This document shows, in pieces, positions 1 through 11,199 of a stretch of DNA of 64,000 nt (positions are counted from its first letter, which is position 1; every line of letters begins with the position of its first letter). Below the pieces are notes generated by a model, which saw only the letters and a program-made list of their open reading frames with translations, was not told the origin of the DNA and searched no databases. The position numbers and the translations under genes were made by a program. The stretch lies in NCBI GenBank assembly GCA_963769935.1, contig CAVYNY010000022.1, forward strand, positions 96,001 through 160,000, read 5' to 3'. The stretch comes from an uncultured delta proteobacterium (GTDB lineage Bacteria; Desulfobacterota; Desulfobacteria; Desulfobacterales; JAFDCJ01).

Positions 1-1
1 C

Positions 2-613
2 GGCGCTCCTTTTGAGAATGTGTTTACCGGCTACTATTGGACGGCGACGACCTGCAGCCGGCTAAGGGATCAGGCCTGGTACATCCACTTGGGAGGCGGA
101 CGCATCCAGCGGGGGATGAAACACGGATCTTACATGGTCTGGCCGGTGCGCTGCTGTTCAAATAATCATGACCCGGCCTCGGCTGACAGCCGCTATGCAA
201 TCGATAAGGGTACGGTTTATGACCGGCGCACCGGGCTTGGATGGGCAACAGTGGAACCGCCGTCATTGGGGCCCTTAAGCTGGACGGACGCCTTGGATAT
301 TGTCGACAGCATGAATGCCGGGGTTGCGTATGGTTACCACGACTGGCGATTGCCGAATATTCGCGAGCTTGAAAGCCTCATCGATATCCGGCGGCATACG
401 CCGGCTCTTTCCGAGGGTCATCCCTTCAACCAGGTGCCGGAGGGGTGCTGGTCTTCCACCACCAGCGTTTATGAGCCGCACTATGCCTGGGTCGTTTACA
501 TGCAGGACGGCGCCGTCGGCGTCGGCTATAAAAAGAATCCGGAATTTCATGCATGGGCGGTGCGAGGAGGAGTTCGACTCCAGACTAAAGCGGCCAGCCT
601 TCCGGACATGTGA
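2..613 (+). CDS. DUF1566 (Lcl C-terminal) domain protein, 5'-truncated by window edge
   Basis: TVYDRRTGLGW, WRLPNIRELESL, WSSTT and AWAVRG motifs; frame is open back to position 2. Confidence 0.8.
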   Translation, partial: GAPFENVFTGYYWTATTCSRLRDQAWYIHLGGGRIQRGMKHGSYMVWPVRCCSNNHDPASADSRYAIDKGTVYDRRTGLGWATVEPPSLGPLSWTDALDIVDSMNAGVAYGYHDWRLPNIRELESLIDIRRHTPALSEGHPFNQVPEGCWSSTTSVYEPHYAWVVYMQDGAVGVGYKKNPEFHAWAVRGGVRLQTKAASLPDM

Positions 614-701
614 AATAGTAAACGCCAAATTTCAAGCACCAAACAACAAATAAATCCCAAATCACGTTATTTTGAATTGTGCCAGGACTAAGAGTTGATC
701 C

Positions 702-1478
702 ATGATGCAATCTGATCGGAAAGAAGTTCGGTTCGTTTTGCGGGCTATGACCTACAACATTCACAGCTGTATCGGCACGGATAAGGAAGTGAATCCGGAA
801 AGAATCGCCGGGGTTATCGCCGATTCGGCGGCGGACATCGTTGCGCTGCAGGAGGTCGATAAGGGAATTCCGCGCACCCATCATCAGGATCAGGCCAAAT
901 TACTGGCTGAAATGCTGAATATGGAAGCCGCCTTTTTTCCGGTGGTGAGCTCAGGCGAACAAAAATACGGACTTGCGGTCTTGAGCCGCTTCGAATTTAG
1001 GGAGGTTCATTACGACTGGCTGCCGGTATTGTTTCCGAAATTGAAACTGGACCTGCAGAAGCGGGGATGCCTTCGAACGACGCTTCAAACACCGGCCGGC
1101 CCCGTTCAATTTTTCAACACGCACCTGAGCCTGTATCGGCTGGAACGCCGCAGACAGTTGCAGGCCCTGCTGGGAAATGAATGGTTGGCGGCATGGCCGC
1201 CGCAGACGGCAATCATCTTTTGCGGCGATATGAATGCCGGTCCGTTTTCCCCCGTATACCTGCGTCTATCCAACCTTTTATCCGATGTTCAAAAAAAAGG
1301 GTTGAAGAATCCCGGCAGACCCAAAGCGACCTTTCCTGCCCACCGACCCCTGCTTCGCATCGACCACATGTTTGTCTCTCATAACTTCAGGATCCTTAAT
1401 GTTCAGGTGCCGCGAACAACCGCTGCCCGGCTGGTATCCGACCATCTGCCCATTGTGGCCGAACTCGAACTTAATTAA
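702..1478 (+). CDS. Endonuclease/exonuclease/phosphatase family protein
   Basis: MTYNIH, DIVALQEV, NTHL, GDMN, RIDH, SDHLP motifs. Confidence 0.9.
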   Translation: MMQSDRKEVRFVLRAMTYNIHSCIGTDKEVNPERIAGVIADSAADIVALQEVDKGIPRTHHQDQAKLLAEMLNMEAAFFPVVSSGEQKYGLAVLSRFEFREVHYDWLPVLFPKLKLDLQKRGCLRTTLQTPAGPVQFFNTHLSLYRLERRRQLQALLGNEWLAAWPPQTAIIFCGDMNAGPFSPVYLRLSNLLSDVQKKGLKNPGRPKATFPAHRPLLRIDHMFVSHNFRILNVQVPRTTAARLVSDHLPIVAELELN

Positions 1479-1533
1479 TCCGCCGATAAAGCGGCCGATC
1501 CAGATATGGAGAATTAGAGGGAATTATGCAGCG

Positions 1534-2307
1534 TTAGGTTTTATCCTGAATTCCTCGTCTCTTCTCTTCCCAGTAGCCGTGCCGGCCATAATGCTCATGC
1601 AGCGCGCATTCATATTTGCGGTCGATCGTCCCCAGCGTGTCGTATTCCGGGCTGTCTTTCACGCTGTCGGTCGAAAGATCGACCTGCAATTTTTTTTCCG
1701 CCCAATTTACCGCCGTGATCCACTGGGGAGATAACAGCACCTTGCGGCCCGGCAGCCAATTGCGCGTATTGACGACGACATAACGCAGGGCCCACTTTTC
1801 GTCATCGACCATAAAATCTTCAACATGACCGATCCCGCTGTCGGTTGCCTGAATATGGTAACCGGTCACCTCTTTGATCGACCGCAGGTGTTTTTCTTCG
1901 AGATCTTCAAATTCGGTGGCCAATTGCTCCTCTTCCGCCCGCAGCATGGAGGGCGTAGGTTGGGTTTGCAACTCACTCGCTCCGGCCCAGTAAGGGGAGG
2001 TGCGGTAATACTCGCTGAAAATTATTTCGTATTGGCGCGAAACAGGCGCGTCTTCATCCAGCGGCGGGCTGGCCTTGATCTGGCGGCGCTTCAACTTCAC
2101 CTGAAAAAGATTGGTGCACCAGTCAGGTTCCCCCAACGATGCCGGTGAAATGAGCACTTTGCGGCCCGGCAGCCATTTGCGGGTGTCGGCCACCATGTAC
2201 CGAATCGTCCATTTTTCATCGTCGTACAGAAAATCCTTGCAGCGTCCGATTTCGCCGTCTTCGGCCAATAGAACATAATTTAAGATTTCATTTACGTTGC
2301 GTAACAT
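1534..2307 (-). CDS. Tandem PRC-barrel domain protein
   Basis: Two repeats of DGxIGxVxDFxxDDEKWxxRYxVxxTRxWLPGRKVL. Confidence 0.85.
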   Translation of the reverse strand: MLRNVNEILNYVLLAEDGEIGRCKDFLYDDEKWTIRYMVADTRKWLPGRKVLISPASLGEPDWCTNLFQVKLKRRQIKASPPLDEDAPVSRQYEIIFSEYYRTSPYWAGASELQTQPTPSMLRAEEEQLATEFEDLEEKHLRSIKEVTGYHIQATDSGIGHVEDFMVDDEKWALRYVVVNTRNWLPGRKVLLSPQWITAVNWAEKKLQVDLSTDSVKDSPEYDTLGTIDRKYECALHEHYGRHGYWEEKRRGIQDKT

Positions 2308-2594
2308 GATGAAAGCTCCTTTCCCCTACCTCACATTTAAAAAATATCAGCGGCGTTTAAACGGATAAATGGGGTGAGGCCGGTATTTTATACCGATATT
2401 TACAGTATATTTCACCACTGCATCCGCTCCAACTGTTCAAATAGGGCCGTTTCAATCCCGGAATACAGGATTGACGGTATTTGAATTTTGCTAAGGGTAG
2501 ATTAGATTGATTGAAACCAGCCTGAATGGGGCGCAATCAAATTGCCGCTTGGGTGATTCAGCAGCAGTAACAAGGAAAGTGAGATCAACCAACT

Positions 2595-3056
2595 ATGCTG
2601 CCTTTAAAAAAGATCGTTTGGCCCACTGATTTCAGCAACCCGGCCGATGAGGGTCTGAAAATCGCCACCGAATTGGCTGCCCAATTTTCGGCCGAGTTGC
2701 TGCTGGTGCATGTAATAGCCCCCCTGCCGACCATGCAGTGCGGCGCTGCGCCGACCGGCTTTCAGATTTCCTCCGTCCTGAAAGAAATTCAAGATTCGGC
2801 GAAAAAATCTCTGGAAGAAATCCGGCGTGAAAGGATACCGGCCGGTATCCAAGCCCGTACGTTTGTGATCAATGGCAGACCGGCCCACGAGATTGTGAAG
2901 TTGGCCGAGGATGAAAGGGCCGACATCATCGTCATATCGAGTCAAGGCGAGTCCGCCTGGCATCGGTTTGTGTTCGGCTCAGTGGCTGAAAAGGTCGTCA
3001 GACATGCGGATTGCCCGGTTTTAACGGTTCGGGCACCGGATCGGCAGAAGGAATAG
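2595..3056 (+). CDS. Universal stress protein
   Basis: KKIVWPTDFS ... ADIIVISSQG ... FGSVAEKVVRHADCPVL. Confidence 0.92.
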   Translation: MLPLKKIVWPTDFSNPADEGLKIATELAAQFSAELLLVHVIAPLPTMQCGAAPTGFQISSVLKEIQDSAKKSLEEIRRERIPAGIQARTFVINGRPAHEIVKLAEDERADIIVISSQGESAWHRFVFGSVAEKVVRHADCPVLTVRAPDRQKE

Positions 3057-3194
3057 GTACGACATACCCTTCAGATACGGTTTTTTGCGATATCGCATAC
3101 TAGATTTATCCTATTTTCTCCGCAAAGGTATAATATCATGTTACGGCTGAATGACTAGTTTTAAATAAACACATGACCTCCGGGCAGGAACCGG

Positions 3195-4892
3195 ATGACA
3201 AGCGATAAAACATCAAATCCACGTATTTTAATTGTGACGCCGGAGGTGACCTACCTGCCGCACGGCATGGGAAACATTGCCGATTTCCTGGCAGCCAAAG
3301 CCGGCGGCCTGGCGGATGTTTCGGCAACCCTGATCAGCGCTTTATTTGATCAGGGAGCAGATGTACATGTCGCCATCCCGGATTATCGGGCGTTGTATAA
3401 TACACGGCTGCCGCGGCTGCTTAAGCGCGGGATTCAATCATTCAAAAACAGACTGCCGGAGGGGAGGGTCCATCTGGCGCAGGATCGCTCCTTTTTTTAT
3501 CTCAACCACGTCTATACCCATTTCGACTGGGAAAACACCAAAATTGCAATTGCCTTCCAGCGCGAAGTGATCAACAACATTATCCCGGCGGTGCAACCCG
3601 ATTTGATCCACTGCAATGATTGGATGACCGGTCTGATTCCGGGTATCGCACGACAGGCGGGCATCCCCTGTCTGTTTACGATTCACAACATTTACACGGT
3701 CAAATGCGCCCTGAGCGCCATAGAAGATCGGGGAATCGATGCGGCCGAATTCTGGCAGGACCTGTATTTCGAATGGATGCCCACCTATTATGAAGAAATA
3801 AGGGATACCAACGCTGTGGATTTTCTGGCCAGCGGCATATTTGCCGCCCACTTCGTCAATACTGTCAGTCCGACATTTTTGCTGGAGGTGGCCCAGGGGA
3901 GGCACGATTTTGTGCCGCAGCACGTTCAGCAGGAACTGGCCAATAAAGTACAGGCTGGATGTGCCGTGGGGATTTTGAACGCGCCGGATTCCGCTTTCAA
4001 CCCGCTGCAGGATCCGCATATCGAATACAATTTCGGGCCCGATGACCATGAGGGCGGGAAAAAACTGAACAAGCGTTTGCTGCAGCAACGACTCGGCTTG
4101 TTGGAGGATGACGGGGCGCCGCTGTTGTTCTGGCCGTCGCGGCTGGATCACGTCCAAAAAGGCTGCCAACTGCTGGCAGAGATTCTCTACGAGGTTGTAT
4201 CCAGATACTGGAAACAAAACCTGGAAATTGTTTTCGTGGCCGACGGTGATTTCAAATCGCATTTCAAGAACATTGTTCAGTTTCATGGCCTTGATGAACG
4301 GGTGGCGGTATGGGATTACAACGAAAAAATGGCGCATCTGGCCTATGCGGCTTCAGATTTCATCATGATGCCGTCTCTGTTTGAACCCTGCGGACTGCCG
4401 CAGATGATCGGCGCCCTTTACGGTGCGCTGCCCATCGGGCACGATACCGGCGGAATTCACGATACTGTTCGCCATCTGGATGTCGCGCACAATAAGGGCA
4501 ATGGGTTTTTATTCCAGGTCCATGATTCCAACGGTCTGGCATGGGCGATCGATCAGGCCATGAATTTCTACAATCTTCCGGCATCGGTCAGAAAGCAAAA
4601 TATCGGGCGCGTGATGCGGCAGAGTGCAGCCAGGTTTAATCCTGCCGCAACGGCTCGCCGCTACATGGACATTTATGAAAAGATGCTGCAGCGCCCTTTG
4701 GTTCACCGGCAATCTGCGAAATTTCAGAGCCTCTACCAAGATACAATTCGAAAATCCGGGTTTTCTGGTTTGGCGGGCATTCGGCGTCACCAGGCTAAAT
4801 TTATGCGCGATGCCGTATCCAGGTTTATAAATTCTGCGCATAAACACACCCGAAAAAGAAAGGGGGAGGGGGATGAGGGCCGCAACGGATGA
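3195..4892 (+). CDS. glgA: Glycogen/starch synthase (GT5)
   Basis: KAGGLADV, IHCNDW, FTIHN, NTVSP, PSLFEPCGL, TGG motifs; about 70-aa C-terminal extension. Confidence 0.85.
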   Translation: MTSDKTSNPRILIVTPEVTYLPHGMGNIADFLAAKAGGLADVSATLISALFDQGADVHVAIPDYRALYNTRLPRLLKRGIQSFKNRLPEGRVHLAQDRSFFYLNHVYTHFDWENTKIAIAFQREVINNIIPAVQPDLIHCNDWMTGLIPGIARQAGIPCLFTIHNIYTVKCALSAIEDRGIDAAEFWQDLYFEWMPTYYEEIRDTNAVDFLASGIFAAHFVNTVSPTFLLEVAQGRHDFVPQHVQQELANKVQAGCAVGILNAPDSAFNPLQDPHIEYNFGPDDHEGGKKLNKRLLQQRLGLLEDDGAPLLFWPSRLDHVQKGCQLLAEILYEVVSRYWKQNLEIVFVADGDFKSHFKNIVQFHGLDERVAVWDYNEKMAHLAYAASDFIMMPSLFEPCGLPQMIGALYGALPIGHDTGGIHDTVRHLDVAHNKGNGFLFQVHDSNGLAWAIDQAMNFYNLPASVRKQNIGRVMRQSAARFNPAATARRYMDIYEKMLQRPLVHRQSAKFQSLYQDTIRKSGFSGLAGIRRHQAKFMRDAVSRFINSAHKHTRKRKGEGDEGRNG

Positions 4893-5220
4893 AGGAGTCC
4901 AGGAACGAGAGGATAAAAGGCGGGATAAGCGCTTAATGTCGCACGCCCCGCTTATTTTTTCAATCTTCGGCAGCAACTTCCAGCGCGAAAGTGCGTCGAT
5001 GACGTTTAATCACAGCCGAGGCGGGCTTTGTTTCGAAGCGGCCGAGCCAATAAAACCTGGAACCACGCTTTGCATCCGCAGAGGGAAAGCGCCCGCCGAT
5101 GAAAGTCACGACGCTCGATGGGAACACCTGCCGACATCCTCACTGGGAGAGGTCAGATGGTGCCGCGAATTGGCCGATAAGTTCGGTACCTACTATTGCA
5201 TTGGTGTTAAATATTACTGA
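4873..5220 (+). CDS. PilZ domain protein
   Basis: RRDKR (RxxxR) and NHSRGG (D/NxSxxG) motifs, GEVRW, IGVKY. Confidence 0.75.
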   Translation: MRAATDEGVQEREDKRRDKRLMSHAPLIFSIFGSNFQRESASMTFNHSRGGLCFEAAEPIKPGTTLCIRRGKAPADESHDARWEHLPTSSLGEVRWCRELADKFGTYYCIGVKYY

Positions 5221-5232
5221 GGGTATATTCTC

Positions 5233-5631
5233 TCAAAATTTGATGAACACTTTGGATTCTTTGTATTCATCGGTGTTCTGCGCATTTTCGTTGGCGCGGA
5301 CGTCCGGGTCCAAACCGTATATATTGATTCCAGGGGCAAAGATCCCGGGGAGGCTATAGGTGATGGATTCGGGAAATTCGCCGGCTGAAGTATGAATCTG
5401 CGTCACGATCGCTTTGCCCGGAATATGGTGAAACTCAACAATATCTTCCAGGTAGACGGCGACCATTCTTCTAAACGTGTCATGCGTCTTCTTCATCGAA
5501 TGGATGAGTTCCTTAAATTCAGCGGTGGCGCGTTCAATATTATCCGTGTCCACCACGGTGGTAAAATAGCCGTGGCGGATCTCCTGCTCCGTGCCGATCT
5601 CATCAAAAGAAAAATGACCGATATAAAGCAT
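5233..5631 (-). CDS. Hypothetical protein
   Basis: 132-aa ORF with GGAGG RBS upstream; no family recognised. Confidence 0.6.
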   Translation of the reverse strand: MLYIGHFSFDEIGTEQEIRHGYFTTVVDTDNIERATAEFKELIHSMKKTHDTFRRMVAVYLEDIVEFHHIPGKAIVTQIHTSAGEFPESITYSLPGIFAPGINIYGLDPDVRANENAQNTDEYKESKVFIKF

Positions 5632-5923
5632 CCTTCCTCCTGATAACTTTTGATTGTTTCTGTAAGCTAAGTTTATAAATTATTCAGTTCCAATTGCTGG
5701 CGGCAAATTAGCAGGACTCAACGTGGCTTTCGAGACCCTGAGCCGCTCGACCACAGTAAAAAATTAATCATTGGGACCGCTAAACTGAATAGAGTCAAGC
5801 ATGTATATCCAATCTAAAGTTATAGTATTTGAAGGAGTTTTTTTAACAGGCAAAGCGGCAAAAATACCAATAGTTACTGTCTGCGCGTCTTAATCTGGAC
5901 AAAACGCAATGTTGAGGTTGTTC

Positions 5924-6760
5924 TCAGTCTTTTTTACTTTTTCTGGCAATAAGCCTTTCTTCTTCAGGAATAGGAGGCGGAACAGGCTCGCCGGAAATCT
6001 TATCCACCGCGCCGAAGCGAGGAGGGCAGGCTTCAAAGCAGGTTCCGCATTTTATGCATTTGTCCTGGTCAATGACATGAATCCGGTTCTTGCCGCCTGT
6101 AATCGCCTCCACGGGACATCTCCTGGCGCAAATCATACAGGCCTGGCACTTCTCCGGGTCAATATGGTACGAGACGACGTCACGAAACAACTCGTCTATC
6201 TCGTCGCTGGTGTAAAATCCGTCATATTCTTCTTTGTTTCCAAGGCGCGACTCCAGCTTCTTCCTTTTTGCTATCTTAATGTAGGGAATCAGCTTTCTAA
6301 CTTCTTCAAGTTTGGACTTTAAATTATCCCGGTCTATTTCTTCGCCCTTGCCAAGTGGTCCTAACTCCTTGACCTTCTTACAAAAATCATCAACAGCTTC
6401 GGTAAAAAGGATTCCTTCACCGGAAGACATAAATTCGATGCTCAATCTTTCCGGATTTAGTCCTATGTGCGCCATTATTTTTCTGCAGAGAAGCACCATG
6501 TTCAGGGCATGGTAATTTCCATGGGTAATATAGTTGCATTCATTGAGGCGGCAAGCGCCGATAAACACCCCATCCATTCCATTTGAAAAGGCTCGGAGTA
6601 TAAATTCCAGGTCGACTCTACCGGAACACATGACGCGAATAAGCCTGATTTCAGTTGAATATTGCAGTCTGGAAACTCCAGCCAGGTCAGCAGCGCCGTA
6701 TGCTCACCAATGGCATACAAAACCTAATATTCTTGGTTTAAAATTAAGTCCTGTACTCAT
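5924..6760 (-). CDS. bamF: MvhD/FlpD-like selenoprotein with C-terminal 2[4Fe-4S] domain (BamF-like)
   Basis: ATG at 6760 with AAGGAG RBS gives MSTGLNFKPRILGFVCHW-TGA(6704-6706)-AYGAADLAG, in frame with the 5924..6631 ORF (MCSGRV..., GACRLNECNY). Confidence 0.88.
6669..6706 (-). promoter_or_regulatory. Putative bacterial SECIS for bamF UGA
   Basis: TGA followed about 22 nt later by the hairpin CTGGA-GTT-TCCAG (6669-6681) with apical G. Confidence 0.6.
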
Positions 6761-6789
6761 TCCTTCTCAACTCCTTTCGGTCCGTCAGT

Positions 6790-6900
6790 CGGTTGGCCGG
6801 TTTGCCGGTTACAGTTGTAACCCGTTAGTTGCCGTCGAGAAGGCCTCAGGCTTAACGGGCCGACGGGCAAGCTGGTCAACGGGCCAACCGGCTAAACTGA
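6790..6900. repeat. Degenerate 8-mer repeats in inverted arrangement between bamE and bamF
   Basis: gttggccg/gtttgccg on the left; aacgggcc/gacgggca/aacgggcc/aaccggct on the right. Confidence 0.55.
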
Positions 6901-6913
6901 TTCAAAATGCCTT

Positions 6914-9900
6914 CTACACAACGCCAAGCGCCGCATCAATCTGGCTCAAGAGGTCTTCATCGGTAAAGTGCTTGAGAAAAATAGCTCCTGTCGGACACTT
7001 TGGGTTGCAGAGGCCGTCTCCTTTACAAAGTACCGGATTAACCACCGCCTTTTGACCCTGGCGGGTATCGCGAAACTCTATGGCCTTGTACGTACAGGCT
7101 GAGATGCATGCCCCGCAGCCGATACACTTGGGCTCTGCCACCTCGCAAACAGAACCGGAGACGGTGACGGTATCGTGTGACAGAAGGGTTAGAGTGCGAC
7201 TGGCAGCTCCATAGGCCTGGTTAATCGCTTCCGGTATATGCTTGGGATAGTGGGCCAAGCCACAAAGATAAACGCCGTCCGTACCAAACTCAACCGGTCT
7301 TAATTTGACATGGGCTTCTTTGAAAAAACCATCCGGTCCCAATGAAATCTTGAACAATTGAGATAATTCCCTGTTTCCCGCGGCGGGAACTACGGCCGCC
7401 GCCAACGCAAGGTAGTCGGCATCTATCGCCAGCTTCTGACCCAAAATATAATCCGGCAAGGTCACCCTTAAAACAGGCCGGCCTTCCTCCTCAACAGCTT
7501 CCACCCGGGGTTTATCATTCGGCTCATAGCGGATGAACTTTACATCATTATCAGACGCTTTGCGATAATAGTCTTCGCTGAATCCATAGGTCCTGATATC
7601 CCGAAAGAGAATGTAGATATCCATCTGCGGGTTTATCTCTTTCAGTTGCAAGGCGTTCTTGATAGCATTGCTGCAACATACCCGGGCGCAGTAATCCCGG
7701 TCCTCATTTCGGCAGCCCACGCATTGGATCATCACCAGACTCCGGGAGGTTGTCAGCCTTTCTTCCCGCCGGGCGATTTGCTCGCCCAACTCCAATTGGG
7801 TCAATACCCTGTCATCTTTTCCGTAAAGATATTCGGTGGGCTTATACTCATCGGCACCGGTAGCGATGACGGCGGCGCCATGTTTTATCTCTGTGGTCCC
7901 TCGTTCAGACTTTACCCTGGTTACGAAATTGCCGACGTAGCCGGTGGCCTCTGTGATGACGGCATCCGTAAATACATGGATTGAAGGATGCTGATATACC
8001 CGGCGCACAAGATCACGCAAATAGCCCTGAACGTCCATTCCATCCAAGGTGGCATGGATTCTTCTGGCTGTTCCCCCCAGGTCTGTGTCCTTTTCCAGCA
8101 GGTATACCTCATGTCCCTGGTTGGCGATGGAAAGCGCACAAGTCATGCCGGCGATACCGCCGCCGACTACCAACGCCGATTTATTTACCGGCAGATCAAT
8201 CTCCTGCAACGGCTGCAGATGGCAGGCGCGAGCTACCGACATCCGGGTTATATCCTTGGCCTTTATGGTGGCATCTTCCTTTTCGCGCGAGTGGACCCAG
8301 GAGCAATGTTCTCTGATATTGGCCATGTCGAAGTAATATTGATTAATTCCCGCCTCCCGCAGCGTGTCCCGGAATAACGGCTCCAGGGTCCTGGGGGAGC
8401 AGGCCGCGACAACCACTCGATTGAGCCCTTTTTCCCGGATCGTTTCCGTTATTGCGCTGGCCGAATCCGTCGCGCATGCGAATAGCTGCTCCGTGGCGTA
8501 GACAACATTGGGCAGGCTTTTAACATATTCAACCGTAGAAGGAACATCGACCACTCTGCCGATGTTGGCCCCGCAATGACACACAAAGACGCCTATCCTT
8601 GGCTCCTCTTGCGAGACATCCTTTTCCGAAGGATATATCCTCGCGCGGGACAGCTTGCCGCGCCGGTAGTCCAGGAATTCGCCGCATTGGGAGCCTGCGC
8701 CGCTGGCGGAAAAAACCGACTCGGGGATATCCATCGGACCCTGGAAGGCGCCGCTGACAAATATTCCCGGGCGCGAGGTCTCAATGGGATTCATAGGATT
8801 GGTTTTGCAGAACCCGTGCGAATTGAGCTCGATGCCATACATATCAGCCAGTTTTTCCACTTCGGCCGGCGGATTCAATCCAATGGATAGCACCACCAGA
8901 TCGAACTCCTCTTCCTTAACACCGTCTTGGGTCGTAGAGTACCTGATGGTAACATTCCTGCTTTCCGGGATTTCTCTTCCGATGGATACGTAGCTTCTGA
9001 TAAATCGGACCCCGGGAAGGCTCTCGGCTCTTTGGTAGAATCGTTCGAAATCTTTGCTGTAGGAGCGAATATCGTTATGGAATATCGTACATTCGGCCGC
9101 GGTGTCATGATCTTTTGTCAATATCACCTGCTTCTGGGTATAGGTGCAGCATACGGCCGAACAATAGCTGTTGCCGCCCGGGATAACCTGTCTGGAACCG
9201 ACGCATTGAATCCAGGCTATTTTATGGGGATGCTTCTTGTCGGAAGGCCGCAATATCTCGCCTTCGTGCGGTCCGGTGGCGCATAACAGCCGTTCAAAGT
9301 CAAGGCTGGTGACCACGTTTTGCATCTTTCCGTAGCCATAGTCGCCCCTCAATTTGGGATTAAATGCCTCATAGCCCGGCGACAGGACAATCGCCCCGAC
9401 TTTTATTTTTACCTCCTCTTCCGTTTGATGAAGATCAATGGCCTCATTTTGACACACGCCTTCGCAAATAGCGCATTTCTTCTCTTTAAGGTAAAGGCAG
9501 TTTTCATGGATATACGTGACCAGGGGCACGGCCTGGGAAAAATATATATGGATGGCTTTATTCGCCGATAAATCCTGATTGTATGGATCAGGGACCTTGA
9601 CCGGACAGTATTCGACACAGGTCGCACAACCCGTGCATTTGTCCTCTATAACGTATCTGGGTTTTTTATTCAGGGTGACTTTGAAGTCTCCTGCTTCCCC
9701 TGCGACACCTTCAACTTCCGTATAAGTCAGGACCTCTATATTTGGATGCCGGCCGACCTCGACCAGTTTGGGTGAGAGGATTCACATGGAACAGTCATTG
9801 GTGGGATAGGTTTTGTCAAGCTGGGCCATATGGCCGCCAATGGCCGGTGATTTCTCAACCAGATAAACCTTATAGCCCGAATCGGCCAGATCGAGCGAGG

Positions 9901-9997
9901 CCTGAATACCGCTGATTCCACCACCGACAACCATAACATCGCCGAAATTGCCGTCGGCGATACTTTTACTAAGCTGTTCAATTTGTTCTTGTTCCAT
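6914..9997 (-). CDS. bamE: HdrA-like iron-sulfur flavoprotein with selenocysteine (BamE-like), 1027 aa
   Basis: ORF 9782..9997 (GGGISG...[11 protein letters not shown]) reads through TGA 9782-9784 into [15 protein letters not shown] and is in frame with 6914..9529; two FAD-binding units and HdrA Cys motifs. Confidence 0.9.
9749..9784 (-). promoter_or_regulatory. Putative bacterial SECIS for bamE UGA
   Basis: Hairpin CTGGTCG-AGGT-CGGCCGG (9749-9766) starting 15 nt after the TGA. Confidence 0.65.
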
Positions 9998-10029
9998 TTA
10001 TATCCGCCTTTATCAGATTTGATGATTCT

Positions 10030-11181
10030 CTAAATCACTTCCTGAAGAATCTCCGTGATGTCCTTAATCTCCAGGGCTTGGCTATCCTCAAGGGTCAGCC
10101 GGCTTTCCTCAAAATGGGTGATGCAATAGGGGCAGGAAGTCGCCAGGACCTGGGCCCCGACTTCAACGGCCTGTTTTATTCTGAGGTCGGAGAATCGTTC
10201 ACCCTTTGGGGTTTCCATCCAAATCCTGCCTCCTCCGCCGCCGCAGCAAAGGCTGTTTTCCAGCGAATCGGGCATCTCAAACAGTTCTAACCCGGGTATC
10301 TGCTTTAAAATTCCCCGGGGTTCGTGATAGATACCATTATGCCGGCCCAGGTAGCAGGGGTCATGATACGTCACTTTCTTCGCGTACTCCTTGGTGGGCT
10401 GAAGCTTTCCCTGCTGGATAAGCTCGAATAAATATTGGGAGATATGGACCACTTCAAAGTTGACCTTGAATTCAGGATATTCGTTTTTGAAGGTGTGGTA
10501 GCAATGCGGGGAAGAAACAAGGATTTTCTTCACCCCATTATCGATGAAGGTTTTGATGTTTTCCCTGGCCAGGCGTTTGAATAATTCCTCATCGCCCGTC
10601 TTGCGGATGCTTTCGCCGCAGCAATTTTCCTTGGGACCCAATATTCCGAAATCTATCCCGGCCCTGTTGAGGATATTGGCCGTGGCGCGGGCGACCTTTT
10701 TTAATCTGGGATCATAGGACAGGTAACAGCCGGGGAAATAGAGGATTTCCATCCCCTCGGCGAACGGTTTCACAGACAGGCCCTGAGCCCAATCCGACCT
10801 CTTTTCCCGGTCTTCACCAAAGGGGTTGCCTTTGCCGAGAAGGCTTGCGCTGATGCCGCGGACCGGACGGACAGCAGTGGGAAAAACTCCGTATTCCGTG
10901 GCAATTCTGCGCAGGGCTACGCCGGATTCTATTATTTTCACGCCCCGGGGGCACTGCCGGGGGCAGTTGCCGCAGGTCGTACAACGCCACATCTCTTCAG
11001 TTTCGATATCGGTCAAGCCGAAGGTCGCCTCCCGGATTATCTTGCGCATGCTAAAGGCTCTGACCCGATTCCACGGACAGACCGTATCGCATAATCCGCA
11101 TTGGTAGCAATATTTGAAGCCATCGCCGCCGGACTCTTTTATGACATCGATGATCTCTTTTAAGGGAGCTACAGTTTCCAC
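10030..11181 (-). CDS. bamD: HdrC/HdrB-like (HdrD-type) Fe-S oxidoreductase, BamD-like
   Basis: CYQCGLC and CTTCGNC ferredoxin motifs plus two CCG domains; operon position. Confidence 0.85.
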   Translation of the reverse strand: METVAPLKEIIDVIKESGGDGFKYCYQCGLCDTVCPWNRVRAFSMRKIIREATFGLTDIETEEMWRCTTCGNCPRQCPRGVKIIESGVALRRIATEYGVFPTAVRPVRGISASLLGKGNPFGEDREKRSDWAQGLSVKPFAEGMEILYFPGCYLSYDPRLKKVARATANILNRAGIDFGILGPKENCCGESIRKTGDEELFKRLARENIKTFIDNGVKKILVSSPHCYHTFKNEYPEFKVNFEVVHISQYLFELIQQGKLQPTKEYAKKVTYHDPCYLGRHNGIYHEPRGILKQIPGLELFEMPDSLENSLCCGGGGGRIWMETPKGERFSDLRIKQAVEVGAQVLATSCPYCITHFEESRLTLEDSQALEIKDITEILQEVI

Positions 11182-11199
11182 TGTCTTTATTATCCTTTG

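Noticed and set aside
3438..4337. Long antisense ORFs (also 36552-37409, 58074-58862, 61207-62067)
   Set aside because: Shadows of well-supported genes on the opposite strand with no recognisable motifs
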